Shown piece after piece: positions 22,485-35,141 of a DNA stretch of 64,000 nt; position 1 is the stretch's first letter; every line of letters starts with the position of its first letter. Below the pieces are notes generated by a model. It was given only the letters and a program-made list of their open reading frames with translations. It had not been told where the DNA came from and ran no database searches. Source of the stretch: Isurus oxyrinchus (Eukaryota); assembly GCA_026770705.1 (NCBI GenBank), contig JANJGN010000029.1:22816001-22880000 (forward strand), written 5' to 3'. Made by a program: the position numbers and the translations under genes.

Positions 22485-22975
22485 CCGCCTTTAACTAGAG
22501 GCTTGTGCAACGTGTCCCTGTGAACACTCTGCATTTTTTTGATGTCCCAGATAAAGCGACAGATGGCTCGGGTAACCACCAAGATGCAGGATCGGGGTAT
22601 GGGCCAGACCTGCGCCGCGTGCAGCAACCCCAAGAGTTCCTCGCGCCCAATGATCAGCTTCTCACCCGCAATGGAGAGGGAGCGTCACTCCCACGTGCAC
22701 CGTTTTTGTTTCACCGTGGCTACCCGCTCCTTCCGGTTTTCAGCACTGGTGCTGGCTCCTGGGAGCCATATCCCCAGCACCTTCAAGGTAGCCTTACCTG
22801 ATAGTAAAGGAGGAAAAGGACTGGTTGGCCCAGCTCCTAAGGGACATGACCTCACCCTTGCCACTGTTTACTTTGGCTCCTGAAGCCAATACAAACATGC
22901 TCATCACTCTCTGCACTGACGGTGGATCAGAGCAGAAGACAGTGATGTCGTCCATGTACAGGAACTGCCCCATGG
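22485..22975 (-). mobile_element. L1/Tx1-clade LINE reverse-transcriptase remnant
   Basis: FLYMDDITVF...ASGAKVN.GK...YLKVLGIW...RSLSIAG.KL...RFIW...V.R.TL.KP...GG, with stops. Confidence 0.8.
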
Positions 22976-23218
22976 TCCCAAAGTCTACCACGTCTATGAA
23001 AACGTGGACAAATGTATCTCTGTACCAACCTTGCCTCTCATCTTTTAGCGACTCTACCCTTCCCTTGACTGATAAAGCCCCGCGCGGTGTTCTTTTTACA
23101 TTTCATTGTCGTTTACTTCTTTTGTAGCGGAGAAAAATATTGAAGGAGGGAGGATGTTGAGTGTTGGGGTCAGTATTAGTCGAGATGAAAATTAAACATT
23201 GCATTCGTATGTCACCAG

Positions 23219-23382
23219 GGTTCTTATGAAGAAACAGGGTCAACAGAAAAAACTGTCAATATCGGGACCAGATGACCGAAAGAATTCTGAAACCCAGCCC
23301 GCAGCAAATGTGAAGAAAAATAACGATCAGACAAAGGACAAAGAGCCCAAAGATGACCAGAGGGAAAAGAATGATAAATCTG
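23219..23382 (+). CDS. GPR108: GPR108 exon 5 (VLMKKQGQQKKLSISG...KNDKS); alternative donor at 23391
   Basis: gtcaccag acceptor, phase 2, inside ORF 23199..23507. Donors G|gtaatg (23383) and G|gtaaag (23392) are both phase 1. Confidence 0.8.
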
Positions 23383-23999
23383 GTAATGAGGGTAAAGAGA
23401 TATATTTGTGTCTCCTTTCCCAACACTCATCAGAAATCAAAGTATTCAGGAGAGCTCTGATTTTCAGACTCTCTCTCTCCCCCACCACTGTGTGGTGGTT
23501 TCTTTAGCTCTGACCTGGAATATGGTGTTCTTAAATGATGCTTACATTGCAATTAAACAGGACCATTTTTTTTTCAAAGTGCCTGTCTTAAAATCACCAC
23601 CAGTGACCTAGTGTATTCCAGCAACCTTCCCATTGACAGGTTGAGAAATAACATGCAATATTGGGAGTTTTAGATACCACTACCTCCCAACAGTGGCACA
23701 GCAGTGTAGTATGGTTTCCCCCTCCTGATCTGATGTTATATTCTGGCAAAACAATGATAGCATATTCCACTGAGGGTTAAAAGCTGAGATGAGCAAGTTC
23801 ACTCAACCGGTGTGAAGCCTTTTTGCAACAATCCAGGTTGACGTCAATTATTATGTCAAGCAGTTGCTCTGGTAATGCAATCATTTTAATGTAAATAACT
23901 GGGCCTAATTTGTGTTTTAAAAATAAATTGTCCACACAGCAGCCCCTTCAAAGGTAGTTCATTGGATAACTAGCTTAGAGATCTTATATATGTAAAGAG

Positions 24000-24305
24000 A
24001 AAGAAAGAGTTTGCATTTCTACAGTGCCATTCATGACCTCTGGATGCCCCAAAACCTTTTACAGGCAGTGAAGTACTTTCTAAAGTGTTTAATGCAGGAA
24101 AATGCGGCAGCCAAGGTCCCACAAACAGCCAGGAGATCAGTGACTAGATAATTGATTTTGTTGGCGTTGGTTGAGGGATATATTTTGACCAAGACATTGA
24201 GCGAGTTTCCCTCCTTTCTGGATAGTGCCCTAAGATCTCCTGCATCCACCACTGACAGCAGACAGAACCTCATTTTCATATCTTGTACCAAAGAAGACAC
24301 CTCAG
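24000..24305 (-). mobile_element. DeuSINE copy
   Basis: aaagaaagagtttgcatttctacagtgccattcatgacctc...cccacaaacagc. Confidence 0.7.
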
Positions 24306-24349
24306 AGTCTCGCACTTTCTCATTATCAAACTGAGTGTGTCCACCTAGA

Positions 24350-24810
24350 CTACAAAAACTTATATGGCGCCTTTAACATAATTAAAGGTCCTGAGGCGCT
24401 TCACAGGAGCATTATAAAGCGAGTGAAGCGAGCCACATTAGGTCAGATGATGAAAAGCTTGAGCAATGAGTAGGTTTTAAGCAGTGTCTTAAAGGAGGAA
24501 AACATGGCCGAGAAATGGAGAGATGTAAGGAGGGTGTTTGACAGGTTGGGGTCTGGGTAATCCAAGGCGCCGCCACCAAAGGTGGAACAATTAAAATTGG
24601 GCATCACAACAGGCCAGAATTGGAGGAGTGCAGATGTTGTGGGGCTGGAGCAGATTATAAAGACAGGGAGGGGAAAAAACCATGGAGGGATTTGAAAACG
24701 AGGATGAGAATTTTAAAATCGAGCCAATCCCTGACCAGGAGCCAATGTAGGTCAGTGAGCACAGGGGTGATAGGAGAATGGGACCTGGTGTGAATTAAGA
24801 CCTGGACGTT
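24350..24810 (-). mobile_element. L2 LINE 3' fragment
   Basis: ORF 24655..24846 (TRSHSPITPVLTDLHWLLVRDWLDFKILILVFKSLHG) is the typical L2 RT C-terminus. Confidence 0.85.
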
Positions 24811-25468
24811 GAAGAATCTGGAGTGAGGATTGTGCCAAGCCTTCAAGTGATTCTGAGATGGGTGAGTGTATCACTGTGGAGCAAGGCTCTTATTAATACA
24901 ATCACTGCAAATCTTTGGGGCTTGGTGGGTGCTTGAATTTATTGTTTTCAAACCATCTCATGGCGATGCACGTAACTACTTTTAACCTGGCGGATTTTTA
25001 GTGCGTGAGCATTGGCTGTTGTTTAAATTTAGGATATAACACTGCCAAATCTCATCCTATCCTTAACCATATTCCAAGTGCACCTTCTAGGAGAGGGGGA
25101 CGGAGGGGCACTGGATGGTGTTTGAGTTGGAATGCTAATTGAATTTTGGCCCTTCATACTTGCCCCCCCCCACCCCACTGATTCTGACAAAAACTGGGAA
25201 TACTGTGGAAAATTGTCACACCCCACTCACCTTTTTTTTGGGGGGGGGGATTGCTTAACCTAACACAGACCAGCAGAGATTGAAACTGGAACCTAGCTAA
25301 TGTGTGGCATCATGCACTCTCAGACCGAGGGAGCTGTCGGAGCTTGCTGCTTGATTAACTTTGGTCTGACTTCGTTTTGTGGCATCTGATCAAAGTTGCT
25401 CGTCAGGCCATTCTCCTCGTCGACCCAGTAAAGCGGCATGCCTTCATCCTGGAATTCTGTTTCGTTAG

Positions 25469-25551
25469 GTGCAAAGAGCAGACGGAAAAGAGAATCATCT
25501 CAAAGTCAAAACAAAGACGCGGCAAAAGGAAAAGTGGAGCCCGCTAAAGAG
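25469..25551 (+). CDS. GPR108: GPR108 exon 6 (GAKSRRKRESSQSQNKDAAKGKVEPAKE)
   Basis: tttcgttag acceptor, GAG|gttggt donor, 83 nt. Phases 1/0 bridge exon 5 (phase 1) to exon 7 (phase 0). Confidence 0.78.
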
Positions 25552-27074
25552 GTTGGTCTGTGCAATGTTGTCAATGAACCAAACGTGTGGGCTAATATTT
25601 CTCTTCACAAGAGAAAATGGTTATTGTGCGATGGAACAAATGCATTATGGGATAGGCATAGGATAACCATCGCACAATAACCATGGCACCACAGCACCTA
25701 GCAAATAGAATGTAGCTGGACTCCAGTGCGTCTGAGGATCTGCTGCTCTTACCCCATTGTAACATGCATTATACTACAGGGATCCTGATTTTATTGTGAT
25801 TGAATAAGTCCAGCTTGAATTTTATGGTTAATTGTGTGTACACTGTAAATGGGTGCCATTGATGGCTGTTTTTTGGGGGGGAAGAGCCTGGGAGGCGTCA
25901 ATGAAAGGAAGCATATTGCGAGTTGCCACTGAGAAAAGTAGGCGGTAGGTGTCTCATCAATTCGGAGCCGGAAAATATGGCTGTTCGTGCCTTGAGAGTA
26001 TAAGAGTGACGAGATGTGGCGTGGGGGGGGTGTGGTTGGTGGAGAGTCGCAGAGATGCACACCATTGGATCACAAGCCCCATTTTACAGCCTCCAGGCTT
26101 GGAAGCATTTTGGGTAGTCGCATCTCCTTGTCTGGCGAGGGAGCTGGGAGTTGTCACAGTAAATGAGCAACAGTGCCATCGACCTTGGAGAGCTACTCCA
26201 AAGGTGAATGAATTGAGTGGGCAAGTTTCAGTTCTGTGGCAGTAAGTGTTAGGTCACAGGAAGTCATAGAATTGTAGAAAAGCGTGGCACGGAAGGAGGC
26301 TATTTGGCCCATATAACATGACAGCAGCCAGCATTGAGTTTTGTGGATGTAAGCACATAGGTGTAGGCATTCCTAGGGATTGTGAAGGTGCTATATTCTT
26401 CTGTCCTTTACTTCCCCATCATACTGTGGGGACGTTTAAAGAGAGCTGGAGTCAGAGCAGAATGGAGAAGCACTGGAAAAAGCTGATCCCTATGGCACTG
26501 TACATCATAATACAGTGCCACTGAGAGGAAAGCACCAATTGAAAGTTGTTATTGAGAAGTTGACACCAGGTCACTGAAATAAATGCTTTTCTTGTGGTTT
26601 TAATGCATTGCTCCCTTTCAATTGACAAATGAGGATGCGGGGGGGATCATAGGCTGTAAGAGTGAATTTGCATTTATATGGTGCCTTTCACAACCTCAGG
26701 ACTTTGCAAAGCACTATTGTTGGCGATTAAAGTATTTCCTGAAGGGTATTCCATTATGTAGAGAAGTGCAGCAGACAAAGTTGCACCAGGCAAGATCCCA
26801 CAAACAGCATTGCGATAAATATCGGATTATCGGTTTTTTTTTTGTCTGCTTATCAAGTGCAGATTTCTAAAGCCACCTGAGTGGAGTTCTTTATTCTGCC
26901 GCCTGAGGCCTTGAGTATTTCAGTCGGATGCAGTGTTGTTGGATGTAGTGCAGACACCCTTTTTGTTTTCTGGTGATTTGCTTCCGTAGCAAACCTGTGA
27001 ATGACGGTCCTGTCAGTCGTTGGGATGTTCAGCTAAGTCTTCGCTAACGTCTGGTATTGATCTTCTTTTTCCAG

Positions 27075-27143
27075 CCGAAGAAAACAGAAAAGATCGAGGA
27101 AGTTTTTGAACTGCAACATGTGAATGACAGCTACATCTTCAAT
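27075..27143 (+). CDS. GPR108: GPR108 exon 7 (PKKTEKIEEVFELQHVNDSYIFN)
   Basis: tttttccag acceptor, AAT|gtaagg donor, 69 nt. Confidence 0.9.
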
Positions 27144-27250
27144 GTAAGGATATTTCATTCCCCAAATGTAATTGCCCCCTGTGAAAAGTGTTGATCTTTA
27201 ATACCATTATTTAACTCTTTTTAAAAAAAAAAAAAAATTCTTCCTTGCAG

Positions 27251-27361
27251 TTCTTTGTAAAGATTCTATCTCCAGCAGAGGAAGGACTTTATACTCTCAG
27301 CTTCCACAACTGTCATAAAGCAGGCCCAGGGAAGAAAAATGCTGTTGCATTTGACATGACA
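27251..27361 (+). CDS. GPR108: GPR108 exon 8 (FFVKILSPAEEGLYTLSFHNCHKAGPGKKNAVAFDMT)
   Basis: EEGLY.L.FHNC motif, ccttgcag acceptor, ACA|gtaagt donor, 111 nt. Confidence 0.95.
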
Positions 27362-27834
27362 GTAAGTATATTTGCTGAGAGCTGGGGTGGAGGATGGGGG
27401 GAATGGGAGAGGTATTCCTGCCCCTGATCACCATCAAGCTTGTAGCTTTCTAAAGCTTTTTTTTTTATCAGAATGAGGATGCATCCACCATGGTCTAATT
27501 GAATGGAGGAACAGGCTTAAGGGGCTGAATGATCTCCTCCTCCTATTCCTACTGCTTTTAATCCTCGTCTCTTTCCCCTATCCTAACACGGCTTCCTCTG
27601 TTCCACAAGATCATGTTTTTCCCTCAACCCTTAGTGCTTTTTCTTTCCGATTTTTATGGAAAGTGCAGCAGTATGTATATTTATTAAAATGACATAATGC
27701 ATGCACCCTCTCTCCATGACAACCACCAACTTTCCCTAATCTCATTTTTTTTAAATTGGCTTTTGGTTATTGTTATAAACTATGCAGGACCATAATATTT
27801 CCAACAAACGAACTTGTTTATTGTAGCTCTCTTT

Positions 27835-27870
27835 AGCTCTGATGAAGAGTCATACAGACTCGAAACATTG
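27835..27870 (+). ncRNA. Hammerhead-ribozyme core motif in a Penelope remnant
   Basis: CUGAUGA-A-GAGUC(auaca)GACUC-GAAAC. The cleavage-site side is degenerate. Confidence 0.5.
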
Positions 27871-28276
27871 TCCTCTGTTTATTGTAGATATTTTTCAAAA
27901 TTTGTACTTTGGCCTGTGCGCATCATCGCAATTCCTGGCGCTCTACAGCAATGCTGTTCATTAATACTGCGTCTGAAACATAGTAAAATGTCCTGCAGCA
28001 CTTCACAGAACCATGATCAAACAAAATTCGACACTGAGACAATCAAGGAGATATTAGGACTTGAAAGATGACCAAAAGCTGATGAGTGAGATGCAATAAG
28101 GTGGGAGGACACTTGTGTTGCAGAGTCCATTGGGCTGTTATTTCTAAGTATCAGGGCAAAGCATAAAGAAGCCTAGCCATGTATTTCTAATTACTGTTGT
28201 AATTGCTGTTTTCTTAACACTGCATAGACGGTATGTTAACACTCCTTTTTTTATATTTTAAACCTTCCTTCCTTAG

Positions 28277-28410
28277 ATTGAGATAATGGCAAGAAATCCA
28301 AAGAACTACCTTTCTGCTGGGGAAACCCCACTGCCTCTACTCTACCTGGTCATGTCTGGGTTTTTCTTTGTGGCAGCCTTGTTCTGGGTTTCCCTACTTC
28401 TAAAGCACAG
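28277..28410 (+). CDS. GPR108: GPR108 exon 9 (IEIMARNPKNYLSAGETPLPLLYLVMSGFFFVAALFWVSLLLKH; TM1)
   Basis: NP..YLSAGE.PL motif, canonical splice sites, 134 nt. Confidence 0.96.
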
Positions 28411-28851
28411 GTAAAACTCCTTTTAATGTCCAGTGTTTAAACTATTTTTTTTGATAAAGGGCCCGAGTCACTAGTTGGATTGTAGAGTGCCACTGAGCTA
28501 ACACTTAGTAAAATGCACTTGTTTTAAAAGGCCCGACTCATTGTACATCAAAGTGAATGGTCATAGGGTGGCTGACTTAAAAACTCACCTGCGTTGTGAG
28601 AGTGAGCTGGGTAGGCGCAGAGCATCCTTGTGTCCGTTACTATGGGGTCGGAAACAATTTTAGTTTTGGTTGCTACAAAGATGTTGCGTCTTATGGTGCT
28701 CAGGCTGAAAACAAACAAATAGGTAGGCCCAGGGAAATTGAAGTTCCCATCAATCTACCAGGTGTCTAAGGTTAAAGTCCTATAAAACGTTTTAAAGGAA
28801 TGCTTTTACATTCATACTCAATGAGCCCAGGCACTTTTATTTCTCTCTTTA

Positions 28852-29325
28852 CATAGAAACATAGAAACGAGGAGCAGGAGTAGGCTATTCGGCCCTTCAA
28901 GCCTGCTCCACCATTCATCATGATCATGGCTGATCATCCAACTCAATAGCCTGCTCCTGCTTTCTCCCCATACCCTTTGATCCTTTTTGCCCCAAGAGCT
29001 AAATCTAACTCCTTCTTGAAAACATACAATGTTTTGGCCTCAACTACTTTCCGTGGTAGCGAATTCCACAGGCTCACCGCGTGAAGAAATTTCTCCTCAT
29101 CTCAGTCCTAAATGATCTACCCTGTATCCTCAGACTGTGACCCCTGGTTCTGGACTCCCCCACCATCGGGAACATCCTTCCTGCATCTGCACTGTCTAGT
29201 TCTGTTAGAATTTTATAGGTTTCTATGAGATCCTCCCCCCAACTCATTCTTCTGAACTCCAGCGAATATAATCCTAATCGACTCAATCTCTCAGTCCCGC
29301 CATCCTAAGAATCAGTCTGGTAAAC
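28852..29325 (-). mobile_element. CR1 3' end with (ACATAGAA)n tail
   Basis: ORF 29074..29286 (RLGLYSLEFRRM...DLIETYKIL...RRNFFT) plus the terminal microsatellite. Confidence 0.9.
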
Positions 29326-29877
29326 TTTTGCTACATGTTACATTTAAAACCATTTTCCTTTTATCTTGCTGCCACTGCACCAATAATTAATACTGTCAAA
29401 ACCGAAATGGCAGGAGGATAGGGTTGGGATCATGGCTTTGAGTTTTAACGTGTGTACTGCAGTTGATTGAAATTCACTTATCAACATCGATATTCAATGT
29501 TTAAATACCATGAGATGCAGATTAATGGAGTTGGGAGCAAGGAAGTTGACTTTTGTTTTACCGCACTCCAAATAGAAAAGGCAAGCAGCAACTCCATATA
29601 TCAATCCAAAAGAAATTTTCCATGAGGAGTATAGTGGACACTATCCCACCTGTAAGCGCTAAACAAGCTGGTGTAAAGGGAATGAGGGAGTCGTTATGCC
29701 ATGGTGGTTTTCAAAAGAAGTCTTTAATTCCAGTGAAATTCTCAGTGTATGTTCAACAAGAGTACTGGACAATATGACCTCTCAGTGGCAACTTTACCTC
29801 CCTATGTTCTTGTGTAATCTCAATGTCATTGACTGTTTGAATTTCTGTTGTTACAAGCAACTACTGCACCCTAATAA

Positions 29878-30123
<246 letters not shown>

Positions 30124-31473
30124 TAATATGGGGACACGCTGTCTGAAAGGGTGTGGGAGGCAGACTCATTTATGGCTTTCAGAAGGGAATTGGGTAAGCA
30201 CCTGAAGGCAAAAAAAAAAAAACTGGTGCTATGGGGAAAGGGCAGGGGGACTGGGACTCGTGAAATTGCTCTTGTAGAAAGTCGACATTGCTAGCTGAAT
30301 GGTCTCCTTCTGTACTGTAATCATTCTATGATTCTAGACCAGCCAGTGGGCCCCAGGAGCGATTTCCAGTCTTGGCAGAGAGGTCAGCCAGGCTAGGCTA
30401 TAGCAGTTGCTTTTTGCACCTCGAGCTGGGGGACAGTTAAATGTACGAGCCCGAGTTTCTCCGACTGATCACTGTTGCGTGACCAGGGTCAGAGCCAGGT
30501 TTGACCTTCAGTTAAATAACTTGCTGAAGGTCATCCCACACACGGATGTGGCGTTGGTAACATCAGCTCAGCAAGCTTTAAGGAGAAAATATTGCCAAAA
30601 AACGTTTTCTTAGCTTTTTATAAACTTAAAATGACAGTGGGCACGTGAAAATATCAGATTTTTTACTACACTTTACAATTCACTTCAAGTTAACACGAGG
30701 CAGTGGTTGAAGGTTAGGAGTGGGGGGTGGTGTGGGCTGGGTGGAGGGGGGATATGTGGGACCTGGGAGTGCAGCAGGCTGGAGGAAGAAGCAAGGATGA
30801 GCAAGGCAGTGGATATCAACATGGCTGCATTGTGCTCTCCGGAGTTGATTTTCTGAATCCGAATAGTGTACATGTCTAGTGCAGCTTGGCTGGCAATGCC
30901 TTCAAGAGTCATACCAGCATGAACACAAGTCCCTATACATTTCTGTGCTTGCATATCGTCAATCAAGTGGTAATGTGAGCAGAAAGCTAAGAGCAATACT
31001 GGAAGGCAAGTTTTGATACTGCATTCTGTGCTTTATCAGCGCATGCTTTGACTGTGGACTGATATGATTTGTGTCTCCAGGTGTTGCTTTAAAGATTTCT
31101 AGTTGGAAAGAGGTGTAGGCTTGGTAATTTGCCATTTACTTGCGCTCTGAAGGTGGAAATGACTGGAGCCGACTGAGCTCCATTTATTTGGAACTTTTTC
31201 CAAGTTTAACAAATGTCTAGGTAAGAGATGGAGAGGTCCCAAGTGTTGCAGGACTGTTCTTTAACAGACCATGATGCCCCCATCCCACTTTTTAAAAAAA
31301 AAACTGGGTGAAATAGAAGCAGGACAAGAATATTGTTCCTTAAAAATGATGGACCTGATTCTATTAATTAATGGGAACATGCCAAGCCTCTGCATGCTAC
31401 TGTTTAAGTAATATTTGTCTATCTATCTCTAGTTCTATAAAATGTTTTCAGTCATTATATTATTTGTTTCCAG

Positions 31474-31547
31474 ATAAACTACTATTTCATTGCTGTTAAG
31501 GGATCAGCAATTGAAGGTTGGGCTGTGATGTACTACATTACCCATCT
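31474..31547 (+). CDS. GPR108: GPR108 exon 11 (INYYFIAVKGSAIEGWAVMYYITH)
   Basis: Canonical splice sites, 74 nt, phases 0/2. Confidence 0.96.
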
Positions 31548-31684
31548 GTAAGTATGTGTTAGAATGTTTGAAGGAAGGGTGAGCGTGATACTGGTGGTAG
31601 GGTGGGGTGCCATTCTGATGGCTTTGGCTGACCATTGAATGCTGTAACACTCTGGCTTCTGTTCTTATCATTGCTCTCAAGTTA

Positions 31685-32097
31685 GTTGTGACTCAGTGGG
31701 TGGCACTATTGCCTCTGAGTCAGCAAGTCCGAGTCCCACTCCACAGACTTAAGCACAAAAATCTAGGCTGACACGGCAATGCAGTGCTGAGGGAGTTCCA
31801 TACTGTCGGAGGTGCCGTCTTTTGGATGAGATGTTAAACCAAGGTTCTGTCTGCTCTCTCAAGTGCACTTAAGAGCCTGAAGCACTGTTTGATGAAGAGC
31901 AGGGGCCTTGTTGTCTATGTCTTGACCAATATTTATCCTGCAGTTAACCTGACTGAAACCAGATTATCTGGTCATTACTGTTTGTGGGAGTTTGCTGTGT
32001 TTCCTGCGTTGCAAAAGTGACTGCATGGGTTAAAAAGTGGTTGAGAGATCCTGAGGTTGTGAAAGATGCAATGTATACGTGTAAGTCTTTTCTTTTT
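31685..32097 (+). mobile_element. DeuSINE, near full length
   Basis: tRNA-like head gactcagtgggtggcact...gcctctgagtcag, body ggaggtgccgtcttttggatgagatgttaaacc, tail gtaagtctttt. Confidence 0.8.
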
Positions 32098-32153
32098 GGG
32101 GTCAGGCTTGTAAGCATTGTTCATTTGCTTTTTAAAGGTATGTTTCTTTGTAA

Positions 32154-32372
<219 letters not shown>

Positions 32373-33357
32373 TGAGGAGCGCAGTGAGTTTTGTGGTAGT
32401 ATGTAGATGATTTTAAAATTAATTGATTGCCAAATCCTTAAATATTTTGGGTGCTTTAATTTTTAAATGCTGCATGGGGAATTGCTTTCCATTACTTTTA
32501 TTTTCCAACCCTTTTTCTGGAAACATTGACTCTACAGCCTTTCTAGTACTTGTCAAATTGGCCATTTGTCAGTTGCATATGGAATGTCAGGATATTTCCC
32601 CATATGGGAGGGGCATCAGGGATGATGCCAATCTTGCCCAGTTATGTTCACTTTCCAGCAAGGCTCACTGGGTGGAGAGTAGCTGCCAGAAGTACACGGA
32701 GTTAAGAATATAAAAAATAGGAGCAGGAGTAGGCTATTCAGCCCTTCAAGCCTGCTCCATCGTTCAATCCAATGTACACTTGCTGCTGTGTCTCTTAGGG
32801 TGCCTTTTTTTTCTCCCACTGCTCAATTTTCCCACCTTCAGCCAGCCTGCCCTGGACAATGGAAAAAGCCCCAACACCTTAAACCATTTCTTACTGAATC
32901 CACTACAGGGAATCAAGCCAGGGCATTGCTGCTTTGTAACACTCTGTACCACTGCAGGTGTTGCGTTGAGTGGATGCTTCCTTTTTTAATGTAAACTGTT
33001 AAATTTGATAAAGGTCTGAGAAAATACATTAGCTCCATATTACTTGAACTATTTCAGGAGAACGATCCACTGGCATCCAGGCCTAAAACTGATGTTGTGA
33101 AGCCCCTCAATTTATTGTTTAAAAATAGTTGTGAAAATGTTCAGTTGATAAAATTTATATTTTTATTTTTAAAAAAAACTGGACAAGGTTATGTAGAAGA
33201 TATCTGCATGAATGTCATGCTGTCTTGTTGATTCTGCAGCAGCAATATTATGTGTAATGATGTTTGTTAGTTAGGCTGGTTATGCTTTGAAGACAATGAG
33301 GAGGGAAAGGTAACATAGCGGACGTTACTAATTTGTGAGCAGTTCAGAAATATTACT

Positions 33358-34029
33358 ATCATAACAGAAAATGCTGGAAAAACTCAGCAGGTCTGGCTGC
33401 GTCTGTGGAGAGAGAAACAGAGTTAACATTTCGAGTCCATTTGACTTCTGAGCTAGAGGTAGAAATGCGATGGATTTTATACTGTTTAAAAGGGGGTGAA
33501 ACAGGTGGAGCAAAATGGAAGATCAGGGATAGGTGGTATCTTGGGAGAGATTGACAAAGATGTCATGGACACAAGGGGCTGATAGATAGCAGAACAAGCG
33601 TCAGCCCTCTGTGAAAGTAAAGTATAAGAACAAGTGCCAGGGGGTGAGGTTGACCCCTCCACCCAAACTTATGATTTGCTTTCACACAGCACTGACCCTT
33701 GTTCTGCTATCAACACATTCTGCTATCATATCTTTATGCCGTTTTCAGCATCTTCATTAGTACTATCATTAACACTCCCTTGCCTTGTGTCCATGATATC
33801 TTTGTCAATCTCTCCCAAGATCCCACTTATCCCTGATCTTCCATTTTGCTCCACCCCCTTTTAAATAGTATAAAATCTATCACATCTCTACCTCTCTTTA
33901 GCTCAGAAGAGTCATGCGGACTCTACGTTAATTCTGTTTCTCTCTCCACAGATGCTGCCAGACCTGAGTTTTTCCAGCATTCCCTGTTTTTATTTCAGGT
34001 TTCCAGCATCCACAGTATTTTGCTTTTAC
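33358..34029. mobile_element. Penelope-like insertion with inverted pseudo-LTR arrangement and 14-bp TSD
   Basis: 33363-33575 is the reverse complement of part of 33780-33990. Flanked by tcagaaatattact at 33344-33357 and 34030-34043. Confidence 0.8.
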
Positions 34030-34985
34030 TCAGAAATATTACTGTTCAGGTATTCACCTTACTTTGTACAGTTCAAATCTCAGATTAGAACTGTAATAAC
34101 CTTGGCCAGCATTTGTTACATATTGTTAGATAATTGAAAATACCTTCTAAACTTGAGAGGAACTTATTAGAATAGTGGAGTGGGGCTGCTCTGCTTACAG
34201 AATTATTAGCGATTTTCTCCAAATGACAATGTTAGAAAAGTTTTCCTGATTATCCTAAAGGGATGGTGGTAAACCCTGTGTTGCCTGCCTGTTCAAGTGG
34301 ACTTTAGGAATCCCACAACGTAATTGAACTAAAGGGTGGGGAGGTCTGCTGGTGCCCTGACCAATATCCCTGCATTGACCACCAGCAAAGACATAGATTA
34401 ATTGGTGTCTACTGATGTAGAATTATTGCCTCGCTTGCTTGTGTAAACATGATAAAAGTAGTCTAAATCGAGCATTTTTATGTGCTTCTTTCCACACTCT
34501 GCTCGTATTATTGACTGAGGTATTAACCAGAATTGTGGCATTAAAAATTGTTGATTTAAAAATAGGAGACAAAGGCTATCTGTAACTGGAAATGTTCTTG
34601 GGCAATATAAACTTGGAATCTCAAGGATTATTGTTGGGACCCATGTTTTATGGACAAGACTATGTTAAGCAGAATGCCATATTTGCAGATGATGTGGGGC
34701 AAATGAGGGGGGAATGCAAACAATTGGGAAGTATTTAAATCTTGAGTAACTGGACCAGTAGGTGGCAGATGCAGTTCAGTTCAATGCTACTGTTTGGACT
34801 GTGCTCCTACAGTGGTACCCAGCATTTAGCGGCAGGAGAGGCATCCGACTCAACTGATTGAGTGTGTGTAAAGGCGTTTTTCAGAGTAACTGCTGCGCAA
34901 CTACTAATTCATCTAAACTTTTATTAAATAAGGTGGATTAATATATACTATGGGAGGGCAACAATAGGAGGTGCAGAAAAGTTAA

Positions 34986-35141
<156 letters not shown>

